DNA of 32,756 nt from Catajapyx aquilonaris (lineage: Eukaryota). Positions 1 to 10,300 of this stretch are shown one piece after another (the stretch's first letter is position 1; every line of letters starts with the position of its first letter). The notes under the pieces are model-generated. The model ran no database searches. It had not been told where the DNA came from and saw only the letters and a program-made list of their open reading frames with translations. The translations under genes were made by a program, and so were the position numbers. The DNA lies in contig JYFJ02004350.1 of NCBI GenBank assembly GCA_000934665.2, positions 1 through 32,756 on the forward strand, read 5' to 3'.

Positions 1-317
1 AAAACAAGACCGAATTTCGAGGTAGCCTATCATTAACTGGAACACTATCATCTATTATGACTGTCAAAATTGAAAACTTAAATGCAGCCACATTTAAGCC
101 CCCTAAGGAAGTTCTTCTTACAGCCAAAAAAGCTAACTGTAACCAGCATGTACTTTGTTATAGCTATAACAAAGTACATGCTGGTAAGTAAATGTGCCTG
201 AAACATTCCTATAATTTGATTTTGACTTTATATGAAATTCCCCCTCTCAGATGGCTAATCCCCCTCATTATGTCATTACCTCCCCCTCATTTTTGGGGGG
301 TAGGGTTGGCAGCTCTG

Positions 318-560
318 TATGAATAGACATATGCAAAGACATGCAACATGCTCAGATGTAATAATATATTTTCTGAAAGAGATGTAAAATGGCATCCCAT
401 TGGAAAGGCCATCTGTGCATGACACCCAGAAGCATAATATGCTTTGTTGTAATTTACATGAAGAGTGTATGAAGACATGATTAGAAATGTATACTGTACA
501 TGCAAAATTGTCTATAAAGTATGTTATTCGCATCTAGGGTTTTTTACTCCCTCTGTCCAA
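318..560 (+). pseudogene. 3' remnant of an upstream zinc-finger gene (unit 0): end of terminal finger plus conserved 3'UTR block
   Basis: tatgaatagacatatgcaaagacatgc...ctcagatgtaa matches the terminal-finger ends of units 2/3 (MNRHMRRH...VQM*). It is followed by the shared 3'UTR block aaatggcatcccattggaaaggccatctgtgc. Sequence 5' of ~317 is unrelated to fingers. Confidence 0.7.
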
Positions 561-810
561 CAGGAACTAGCACAGATAGATGGCTCTTGAGTCCTAGAAA
601 AGCCACAATTGACAGGAATGGTGAGGACACTCCGGGATTTTAATCGCCCCAATCCCCAGTTACCAGTATTGGACTAGGCCCGGTCATGCGCTTCCTATAC
701 TGACTATATTCTAATCAATGTTACCAGGATTTACCATTGAAATCCAAGTGTCTCGCACAATATGTTGTAATCAAGCACATGTCCACGGTTTTTGAGCTAA
801 GCGTATTAAA

Positions 811-1064
811 TGTAATGGCTAGCGGCTATCTCTGAGCTGGACAAGTAGCGGCTACTCTTGGCGTAGGAATCGCGCTTAGACGCATCCTTCTCTCTCAGGT
901 GGCGATGGGAATGCACCCACAAAAGAAAAAGAAAAAAGAAGAAAAAAAAACCAGCCGTTGAATCAAAGATGGCCGAAGAAGAACTTCTCTAGTGAAGACA
1001 CGAGGAGGAGGGTCCTGCGGCTTTAACTTCCCGACGATTTCAACTTGGATTCAGGCATAGCAAG
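811..1064 (+). promoter_or_regulatory. Unit 1 promoter cassette and putative non-coding exon 1
   Basis: TAGCGGCTATC (820), GTAGCGGCTACT (845), GGAATCGCGCTTA (866), GGTGGCGATGGGAATGCACC (898), A-tract, AATCAAAGATGGCCGA (961, YY1-like). Donor CAAG|GTGGGC at 1064/1065 and acceptor TTGCAG ending 1172, just before the ATG. The cassette recurs before every unit. Confidence 0.7.
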
Positions 1065-1176
1065 GTGGGCACTACTTGGTTGACCTTTGCCCGCCACACC
1101 ACAGAGAAAATGTTCCTCCTGTGCAGCTGATTTGTGTGCTGCTTCATGTGCTGATGTTGCTGTGCATTGCAGGGCC

Positions 1177-2355
1177 ATGTCGTTGAGGGTCAAGGAGGAG
1201 GAAGGGCTGGAAGATGATGGGGAGGTGGCTGTGGAGGAGATGGCGCAGGTGCACGTGAAAGAGGAGATCCCAACGCCCTTTGAAAATGGCGAGACAATGG
1301 GTGTCACACCCGTGGAGGTCAAAGAGGAGCCACCGGATGAGGAGATGATGGTGGCTATGCCTGGTGCTGTTGAAGAGGTAGACGACCCTTTGGTCACTAA
1401 ACCTAAAAGAAGGAAGCGGTTTGACTGCCAAGTGTGCCAGAAATCACTTGGCACCAAAGGTTATTTGGAAATTCACATGCGAAACCATACGGGAGAGAAG
1501 CCCTTTTCCTGCCAATTCTGCCAGAAGAAATTTATTGGGAAAAGTCATTTGAAAAGCCACATGAGTGTGCACACGACAGAGAGACCACATTCATGTGAGG
1601 TGTGCCAGAAAAGATTTAGTGTTATGCGGGATTTGAAAAGGCACTTGCGAATTCATACTGGGGAGAAACCATTTCAGTGTGAGGTGTGCCAGAAGAAATT
1701 TGGCGAATCATATCAGTTGAAAATTCACATGCGAATTCATACAGGGGGAAAACCATATAGTTGTGAGGTGTGCCATGAAAAATTTAATTTACCAATTCAT
1801 TTGAAATATCACATTTCAATTCACACTGGCGAGAAACCATTTCAGTGTGAGGTGTGCCGGAAGAAATTTCGTCTTGAAAGTCATTTGAAAACTCACATGC
1901 GAATTCATACAGGAGAGAAACGATTCAGTTGTGACGTATGCCAGCAGAAATTCAGTGAATCAAGTAATTTGATATGCCACATGCGTATTCATACAGGAGA
2001 AAAACCATTCACTTGTGAGGTGTGCCAGATGCAGTTTCGTAATTCAAATGGTTTGAAAAGGCACATGCAAATTCACACAGGTGAGAAACCATTTACTTGT
2101 GAGGTGTGCCAGAAGAAGTTACGTACATCAAGTAAGTTGAAAACTCACATGCAAATTCATACAGGAGACAAACCTTTTAGTTGTGAGGTGTGCCAGAACA
2201 AATTTCGTGATTCAAGTGAGTTGAAAAAGCATTTGCGAATTCATACAGGGGAGAAACCATTTAGTTGCAAATATTGCCAGAAGGCGTTTAGTGACTCATC
2301 TGGTATGAAGAGACATATGCGAAGACACGCAGGTGACAGGCCGGTTCAGGTGTAA
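1177..2355 (+). CDS. C2H2 zinc-finger protein, unit 1: acidic psi-KxE domain fused directly to 11 fingers (392 aa, single coding exon)
   Basis: The ATG at 1177 follows a splice acceptor (cattgcag|ggccATG), as in the paralogs. 11 CxxC-x12-HxxxH repeats with TGEKP-type linkers; N-terminus has three VKEE motifs and DDPL. Confidence 0.93.
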   Translation: MSLRVKEEEGLEDDGEVAVEEMAQVHVKEEIPTPFENGETMGVTPVEVKEEPPDEEMMVAMPGAVEEVDDPLVTKPKRRKRFDCQVCQKSLGTKGYLEIHMRNHTGEKPFSCQFCQKKFIGKSHLKSHMSVHTTERPHSCEVCQKRFSVMRDLKRHLRIHTGEKPFQCEVCQKKFGESYQLKIHMRIHTGGKPYSCEVCHEKFNLPIHLKYHISIHTGEKPFQCEVCRKKFRLESHLKTHMRIHTGEKRFSCDVCQQKFSESSNLICHMRIHTGEKPFTCEVCQMQFRNSNGLKRHMQIHTGEKPFTCEVCQKKLRTSSKLKTHMQIHTGDKPFSCEVCQNKFRDSSELKKHLRIHTGEKPFSCKYCQKAFSDSSGMKRHMRRHAGDRPVQV

Positions 2356-2825
2356 TTTCTTTTCTGAAGGAAATGTGAAATGGCAGCCCATTGGAAAGAC
2401 CATCTGTGCATAACACCCTGAAACATCTGCTTTGTTGTAATTATATTTACATAGAGAGTGTGTGAAAACATTATTAGAAATGTACTGCAGTACATGGAAG
2501 ATGCACAATATAAAGCGAGCTATGCTCACCTTCGCTTATTTATTTCCTTTGCCCCCCCCACACACGTCACTCATAAGCATGATGAGGTACAGACATCTCA
2601 GTGAGATGCACACCAGGTGTATTTCGTGGCCAAAAGCTCCCCGCAAACCTAATAGTTCATTACTGGAAGCCTCGACATCCTTTCTGAAATTAATTATTCG
2701 AACATAATACGTACATTCAGCAACATTTTAAACTTATTATACTATTGCAAAGATGGAGGCGACTTCTGACAACTTGAGTGCATTTTAAATGGATTATGAT
2801 CAATATTTCCATATTCGTGCAATAA

Positions 2826-3035
2826 GTAGCGGCTATCTGAGAGCAGCAGTCGCCAGTAGCGGCGACTGGCAGGGAAGGAGTAGCGCTTAAGGCCTTCCTT
2901 CTCTGTTGTGGTGGCGATGGGAATGCGCCCTCATTTGCATTTTAAAAAATCGAACCAAAGATGGCCGACGAAGAGTGTCCGTCGTGAAGAGACGAGAAGA
3001 GCGTCCGTTGCCTCTCTTCCCTCGCCTGGAACTTG
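2826..3035 (+). promoter_or_regulatory. Unit 2 promoter cassette and putative non-coding exon 1
   Basis: GTAGCGGCTATC (2826), GTAGCGGCGACT (2856), GGAGTAGCGCTTAA, GGTGGCGATGGGAATGCGCC, ATTTGCAT, AACCAAAGATGGCCGA (2953). Putative donor CTTG|GTAGGT at 3036. Confidence 0.65.
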
Positions 3036-3197
3036 GTAGGTTGAGCTGATTGCATCCGCCCCACGCAAAGCATGACATGGTGTCACTTCAGCCATCCAAA
3101 GCATGACCACGGAATTAGATCTGAAGGAAAACAGAACGATGGTAGCTAGGCCTGTGTCCATCTAACATGAGCTGGTTGCATTGTGTATTACAGGACC

Positions 3198-6100
3198 ATG
3201 GCATTGCTGCCCATGAGAGTGAAGAAAGAAGAAGAGCTTGATGGAGAAGAGGAGGACATCACAGTGGATGAGGAGACTTGGAGGCTGCGGTTGAAGGAGG
3301 AGACCCCTTCTTGCTTTGATGGTGGCTCTGCTCTCATAGAAGACACGCTTCGTGAGGTAAAGGAGGAAGCAGGGGAGGAGGAGGAGGAGATGGTGGTGGC
3401 CATGCCTGGGGAGGTTGATGTTGAAGATGACCCTTTATCTGTTGGTTCTGGAAGGATGAGTGGGGTATGTCATCTGATTAAAATGTGAAATAATGTGACA
3501 GTATATTTTGAATATGCTGCAGTGATGTGAAGGATGATGTGTATAACTTGCATTTTCCTTACTCATTTACATACTTTAGGGGAAGGGAATGCTTAGCCCA
3601 GATGTGTTAGCCTTTGGTGACCAATATTCTTTCAGCCAGTGTTTAGTCATATTCTCCCATCTCCATCACCTTGAGCTATCATCCTTGTGCCAAAGCCTTA
3701 CTTCTGGTCTGTTGTACCCCGCCTCTCCTTTGAACTTTGACACTGATGGAATTGGAACTGTCAGCCCGCATTATACGTATTTGTTGCATGATGAATCATA
3801 ATTATGTGCGCAACTAGGGTTGTAAAAAAAGCCAGATATTTTGCCTGCCCGAAAAAAAACCTTTTGGGAAAAAATTGTTTTCCTCATAATATATTTACTT
3901 TTTTCCCAATGATTTGGGCTTTTTTTTTTTTTTGCACACTACCAAGTTCTTATTATTTCCCACTGTTCAGAAAAGTCAAATTAATTAATAGCTGAAATAA
4001 ATTAAGGAAAACGAACCACACTACATTTGATTCTGGATTTTTGGTGGAGGATAACCTGAAGGACTTCAGGAACCAATCACTGCATCAAAAGTGTTTTCGG
4101 TGGGAATATTTTGTCACTGTTTAGGCCAAAAAAGAGTCCATATTGCAGTGATTTGGGAGACTCTTTTGTTGTATACTTTGCTTCATTTCACTGGCTAAGA
4201 AGCCAATATTATAATACAGTATGATAGACGGCAGTCACAATAATGTACCCCATAAGTGTTTTATGAAAAACGCCTACACTGGTTGATGTTATGTCACATT
4301 ATATTTTTTTTACATTATTGATATTTCATATTTTTTGCTCCATTGTTTTCATGCCAAATCATATTGTTACTTGAAGATCACCAAAGACCAGTTGGCAATT
4401 TCAACTGGTTTTCTTGCTGCTTGGTTTCCTTTCATCTCCATGATCAAAATTTAGTCATCCAAAACGTTATATCCGTCCAGTTTATTGGCATTTGCCAGGT
4501 ATTTGCGTTAGATGAAAATGTTGAAATGGGCAGCAAAATGCATGATAATTATAACTGGCAAATAACCTGACAATCTCTTTGGATATTTGTTGATATAATT
4601 ACACATTACATGTAAAATTGGATTTGATGATTGAAACCATTTTAAAACAAGGGGACAGCAAAAGATAATGATGTATTTTGTTTTGGTCCTGCATAATTTA
4701 TGGATGAGCTAATATTGCAATTTTGTGGCTAGTTTCCTTAATCAGTGTGCAGTAATGCGTAATGCAGCATATGCCTATGGGAAGCAGAAAACTAGGGTAC
4801 TTGTTGCAAAATTGGTGATCTGGCTATAACAAACCTCAGTTATAACATAGTGTTTTTCCTCGGCCCCTTGAAGACTGTTATATCCAGATTCAACTGCACT
4901 AGATGTGGGCTGTCGAATGGTATCGTCATCATTATAGGAGTGCAGCAAGTCATCATAATATAATTGACGGCTTTTCGTGTGTTTGTCCAGGGTGAGATGC
5001 CAGTCAGATGCATCTTGTACCATGACCCTTTGCATGGCCATGAGAGTGGCAGACGTGTGCAGGGAGGGAGGATGTGCCACCTTTACTTTATCTTATACCT
5101 TGAGAGGGGCATTGTGTACTACATTCACAGTTGGGGACACAAGTATTTTTGGACAAGTTTTGGCAAGGGTGCACTAGTTGGAAATTTTAAGGTAAGTGCA
5201 TTAAAACCTTGACGCAGGTGATGGATATGTTCAAAATTATTCAACTGTTTCAAGTACATTCAGATGTGATGGTTGGGGAGGGGGCATGTGCTGCTCATTC
5301 CTCTGACACATACTGTTATTGTCTGTCTTATGAATATCTCAGGCTGTCGCACTGTGTGATGTAAGCGTATTACAAATGCTACAAGAGACTTTGCTATAAG
5401 GCGTGCCTTCCCAATAGCCAAAAGACATGTTGAAATCTTTACTACATCCACCCTCCATAATGGTAATTGATATGCTGCAATTCAATTTCCAGGAAATGCA
5501 AGAGGAGGATCAAGTCAAGAAGGAAATGATTACTAGGACCTGTGATAGCGGCAAGCCATTTGATTGCCAAGTGTGCCAGAAAAAGTTTTGGAATGCAAGT
5601 ACTTTGAAAATTCACATGCGAATTCATACAGGCGCGAAACCATTTAGTTGTGAAGTGTGCCAGAAAAATTTTTGTGTGTCAGGTAATTGGAAATGTCACA
5701 TGCAAATTCACACGGGAGAAAAACCATTTACTTGTGAGGTATGCCAGAAAAAGTTTCGCGAATCGAGTAAGTTGAAAGCCCACATGCGAATTCATACAGG
5801 TGAGAAACCACATCAGTGTCAGGTGTGCCAGAAACGATTTATTACATCAAGTGACTTGAAAAAGCACATGCGAATTCATACAGGAGAAAACCCATTTAGT
5901 TGTGAGATATGCCAGAAGGAGTATCGCCATTCAAATACGTTGAAATCCCACATGTCAATTCATACAGGCGAGAAACCACATCAGTGTCAGGTGTGCCAGA
6001 AACGGTTTATTACATCTGATTGTTTGAAAGGTCACATGCGCCATCATACAGGGGAGAAACCATTTCAGTGTGAGGTGTGCCAGAAGAAGTTTAGTCTGTC

Positions 6101-6245
6101 ACGTAATATGAAGGTGCACATGCGAATTCACACAGGCGAAAAACCATTCAGTTGCAAAATTTGCCAGAGGGAATTTCGATATTCCAGTCATATGAATAGA
6201 CATATGCGAAGAAGACATGCAGATGAAAAACCTGTTCAGATGTAG
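3198..6245 (+). CDS. C2H2 zinc-finger protein, unit 2: acidic domain + 8 fingers (339 aa); exons 3198-3464, 5493-6245
   Basis: acag|gaccATG start. Donor GGG|GTATGT at 3465 and acceptor ttccAG|GAA at 5492 join in phase 0 (intron 2028 bp). 8 C2H2 repeats. Confidence 0.9.
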
Positions 6246-6969
6246 TAATATCTTTTCTGAGAGAAATGTAAAATGGCAGCCCATTGGAAAGACCATCTGT
6301 GCGTAACACCCACAAGCATCTGCTTTGTTGTAATTATCTTTACAGAAAGAGTGTACATGAAGACATAATTAGAAATGTAGTGTACGTGTAAGATGCGAAA
6401 TTATCCATAAAGTGCGTTGTGCTCATCTTGACTTATTTACTCCCTTTGTCCAACGTGAATGTCACTCAGCATCATGATGGGGTACAGACTTCGCGGTGAG
6501 ATGCATGCACAGGAGGTGTCAGATAACATGATTTCATTTCCAGAATCCTTCCAAAACACATGTAGTTTTTACTGGATCTCTTGGCGTCCTCTTTGCCATC
6601 AAGGGCCTATAGATTTTTAAAAAGAGCCACGTCTACTAATGAAAAACAGGTCGTAAAATGAGCCAAAACTGCTGATTACTTAACTTTCACTGGTACTATC
6701 TTGAATCTTTTTACGTCCATATATTGCCACAGTTCAGCTGCGATACATAGGGAAATGTGCATTTAATACCCAATTACATTAAAATACATAATAGCTACAC
6801 GTGTAATTGTGTTACACGCCCCCAAAAGTGGACTTGGTTGTTTTTGATCTCAGACCCCTCAAATAATGGGATGTTCATGTTGAGGTAATACTTCAAGCAA
6901 ATTTGCCATGCTTTTGCACATTTCCACGGTTTTTGCGCTCTTAAGTACAGCAAGTAGTAAATGTGATCA

Positions 6970-7190
6970 ATAACGGTTGTCGCTGCGCAGGATAGCGGCG
7001 ACTGTCGAGGAAGGAGTAGCGTTTAAGGCCTTCCTTCTCTGTTGTGGTGGCGATGGGAATGCGCCCTCATTTGCAAAAAAAAAAAAAAATCGAACCAAAG
7101 ATGGCCGACGAGGAGTGTCCGTCGTGAAGAGAAACGTGAGCAGCCTCCGTCGACTACTCTTCCCTGGTTGTGATCGTCGCCTGGAACTTG
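6970..7190 (+). promoter_or_regulatory. Unit 3 promoter cassette and putative non-coding exon 1
   Basis: TAGCGGCGACT (6993), GGAGTAGCGTTTAA, GGTGGCGATGGGAATGCGCC, AACCAAAGATGGCCGA (7093), donor CTTG|GTAGGT at 7191. Closely matches unit 2. Confidence 0.65.
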
Positions 7191-7394
7191 GTAGGTTGAG
7201 GGGCAGTGAGATCTTTGAGGGGGGTACCAGCTGCATGCATGATTGGCATGGCTGAGTAAAATGAACGACCACAAAAATGCGATGAAGAAAAAACATAATG
7301 GTAGGCTGCACTTCTCAGTCTTCGCATTTTGAGGGCAAAATAATTATTCCCTTTTTTCCCCTAACATGAGCTGGTTGCATTGCATTACAGGACC

Positions 7395-10300
7395 ATGGCA
7401 TTGGCCCCGAGAGTCAAGGAAGAAGAAGGGCTGGAAGGAGAAGACGCTGCTGGTGACGGAACAGTCACAGCGGAGGGTACCTGGCAGGTTCCCTTGAAGG
7501 AGGAGACCCCTTCATGCTTTGATGGTGGCTCTACTCTCACAGAAGACACTCTCCTCGAGATCAAGAAGGAGGAAGCGGAGGAGGAGGAGATGGTGGTGGC
7601 CATGTCTGGAGTGGTTGGAGGTGAGGATGACCCTTTGGCTGGTGATTCAGGAAGTATTATTGGGGTATGTCATCTGATTAAATTCTGAAATAACGTGACT
7701 ATATTTTCAGTATCATGCTGCAGTGATGTGATGGATGAGGTGTATAGCATGCATTTTCCTTATTCATATACACACTTTAGGGGAAGGGAATGCTTAGCCC
7801 AGGTGTGTTTTCCCTTTGGTGACAATATTCTTTCTGGCAGTGTTTAGTCCTTCTTTTTTTTAAACCCCGTGATAGAGCTCTTGGCCCTCTTAGGGGAAGG
7901 GGAGGTTCCCAAGGGAGGGCGCTCAAATTTTTTGTCATTTCTGACAATGTGAAATACACCAGACCTTTTCTGCTGGCCCCGGGCAGAGTAGGGAGTGCAA
8001 TTCTGCCCCGGCATGTCGGGTGAAAAGCGGAAAAAGACCCGGCCAAGCAGAGGTGACGGGGACGGGATTTGAACCCCGGCCTCCTGCTTGGCTGGCCAGC
8101 GGCGAAACCGCTAGACCACCATTGTTTAGTCCACTTTAGTCATATTCTCCCATCTCCACCCCCTTGAGCTATCATCCTTGTGCCCAAGCCTTACTTCTGG
8201 TCTGTTGTACCCCGCCTCTCCTTTGAACTTTGACACTGAACTGATGGAATTGGAACTGTCAGCCCGCATGATATGTGTTTGTTGCATGATGAATCATATG
8301 TATGCAACTAGGGTTGTAAAAAAGCCAGGTATTTTGACTGCCAGAAAAAAAAAACCTTTTGGGAAAAAAATTGCTTTCCTCATAATTATATTACTTTTTT
8401 TGTAATGTTTTGGGCTTTTTTTTGCACACTACCAAGTTCTTCTTATATCCCACTGTTCAGAAAAGTGAAATTATCAATATTAATATCAGAAACTAGCAGG
8501 TTACCTGGCGTTGCCCGGGTATGTTGGGGTGCTGGTAAAGGTAGGGGTACATAGACAGTATTTTAGGAAGTGTGTGTGTGTGTTTGTAAAAATTTCTCTT
8601 CCATACACGCGAAACTCGATATGTCTTAAAATAGGCCCTATAAGTTGCAATAAGCCAAAGTTTCTCACTATCTGTGATAGATTACCTGCTTGTCTTAATA
8701 GCGTATAGTCGACACAGATATTCTGATTGAATGTGTAAAAAGAGGAATGCGGATGGAGTTGGCCCAGGAAAAGACTGCACAGCCATGTGTTTTTTCCCTG
8801 CAATTTTGACCCCTTGACCCCCCCACCCCACTTCACACCCCTACCTCGTTCCATATATGTTTGCTCTGAAGAACTTTCGAAATGTAGCCTACATTGTTAA
8901 TTGTTAATAAGTTAATTGTTGAGGCCTGAGTAGTGAGAAGATTAGGGAATATGCGTGTTGCGGGAGTTAGGTTCATTTTTGGAAGCTGAAACATGCCGAG
9001 TTAAATTCCTTGAAAAATGTAACCCCCGATATGCTAATTTAAGGTGGTGTAGGAGCCTTCCCCTGGATTACTATAAGGGACAAACAAACTCACAAACTCA
9101 CAAACAAACTCATTTATAGATATAGATAAATAGAAGAACACGAACCACACTACATTTGATTCAGGATTTTTTTGGAGGATACCCAGAAGGACTCCAGGAA
9201 CCAATCACTGCATCAAAAGTGTTTTCAGTGGGAATATTTTGTCAATGTGTAGGCCAAAAAGAGTCCATATTGCAGTGATTTGGTAGAATCTTTTGTTATA
9301 CTTTGCTTTATTTCACTGGCTATAAAAAGCCAATATTATAATACAGTGTGATACAGGGCAGTCACAATAATGTACCCCATAAGAGTTTATGAAAAATGAC
9401 TACAGTTGGTTGATGCTATGTCACATATTATCCCAAAAAATATTGATATGATATATTTTTTGCTCCATTGTTTTCATGCCAGATCATATTGTTACTTGAA
9501 CATCATCAAAGGGCTGTTGGCAATTTCAACTTGTTTGCTTGCTGCTTGGTTTCCTTTCAGCTCCATGCTCAAAATTTAGTCAACCAAAACATTATATCTG
9601 TCCAGTTTATTGGCATTTGCCAGGTATTTTCTTTAGACGAGAGTGGCAGAAGTGTGCAGGGAGGGAGGATGTGCCTCCTTTACTTTACCTTATACCTTGA
9701 GAGGGGTATTGTATACTACATGCACAGTTGGGGACCCATGTATTTTTGGCCAAGTTTTAGTAAGGGGTTCACTAGTTGGAAATTTTAAGGTAAGCGGGTT
9801 AAAAACTTGACGCAGGTGATGGATATGTTCGAAATTATTCAACTGTTTCAAGTACATTCCAATGTGATGGCTAGGGAGGGGGAATGTGCTGCTCATTCCT
9901 TCAACACATACTGTTATTTTCTGTCATATGAAGATCTCAGGCAGTCGCACTAGTGTATTACAAATGATACAGGAGCCTTTGCTATAAGGATTCCCTTCCA
10001 AATGGCCAAAAGACATGTTCAAACTTTACTACATCCACCCTCCATAATGTTAATTGCTGCAATTCAATTTTCAGGAAATGCAAGAGGAGGATCAAGTCCT
10101 GAGGAAAATGATTACTAGGACCTGTGATAGAAGCAGGCCATTTGATTGCCAAGTGTGCCAGAAAAAGTTTCGGAAATCAGGTAATTTGAAAATGCACATG
10201 CGAATTCATACAGGCGAGAAACCATATCAATGTGAGGTGTGCCAGAAAACATTTGCGGAATCAAGTAAGTTGAAAAGACACACGCGAATTCATACAGGCG

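Noticed and set aside
1087..1176. N-terminal extensions in the ORF track (MPATPQRK..., MIDMLQFNFQ... and similar)
   Set aside because: They start at non-ATG codons or run through intron sequence upstream of clear splice acceptors; bacterial-style starts do not apply here.
1023..1457. Ser-rich minus-strand ORFs opposite the acidic exons (also 3188, 7385, 12476, 14777, 17000, 18523, 25446, 28997)
   Set aside because: Antisense shadows of GAG/GAA-rich coding sequence, with no independent coding evidence.
4343..4570. Paired intronic ORFs MFSCQIILLL... (4343 and 9468)
   Set aside because: The similarity reflects the unit 2/3 duplication; TTG starts, no recognisable domain and different 3' ends.
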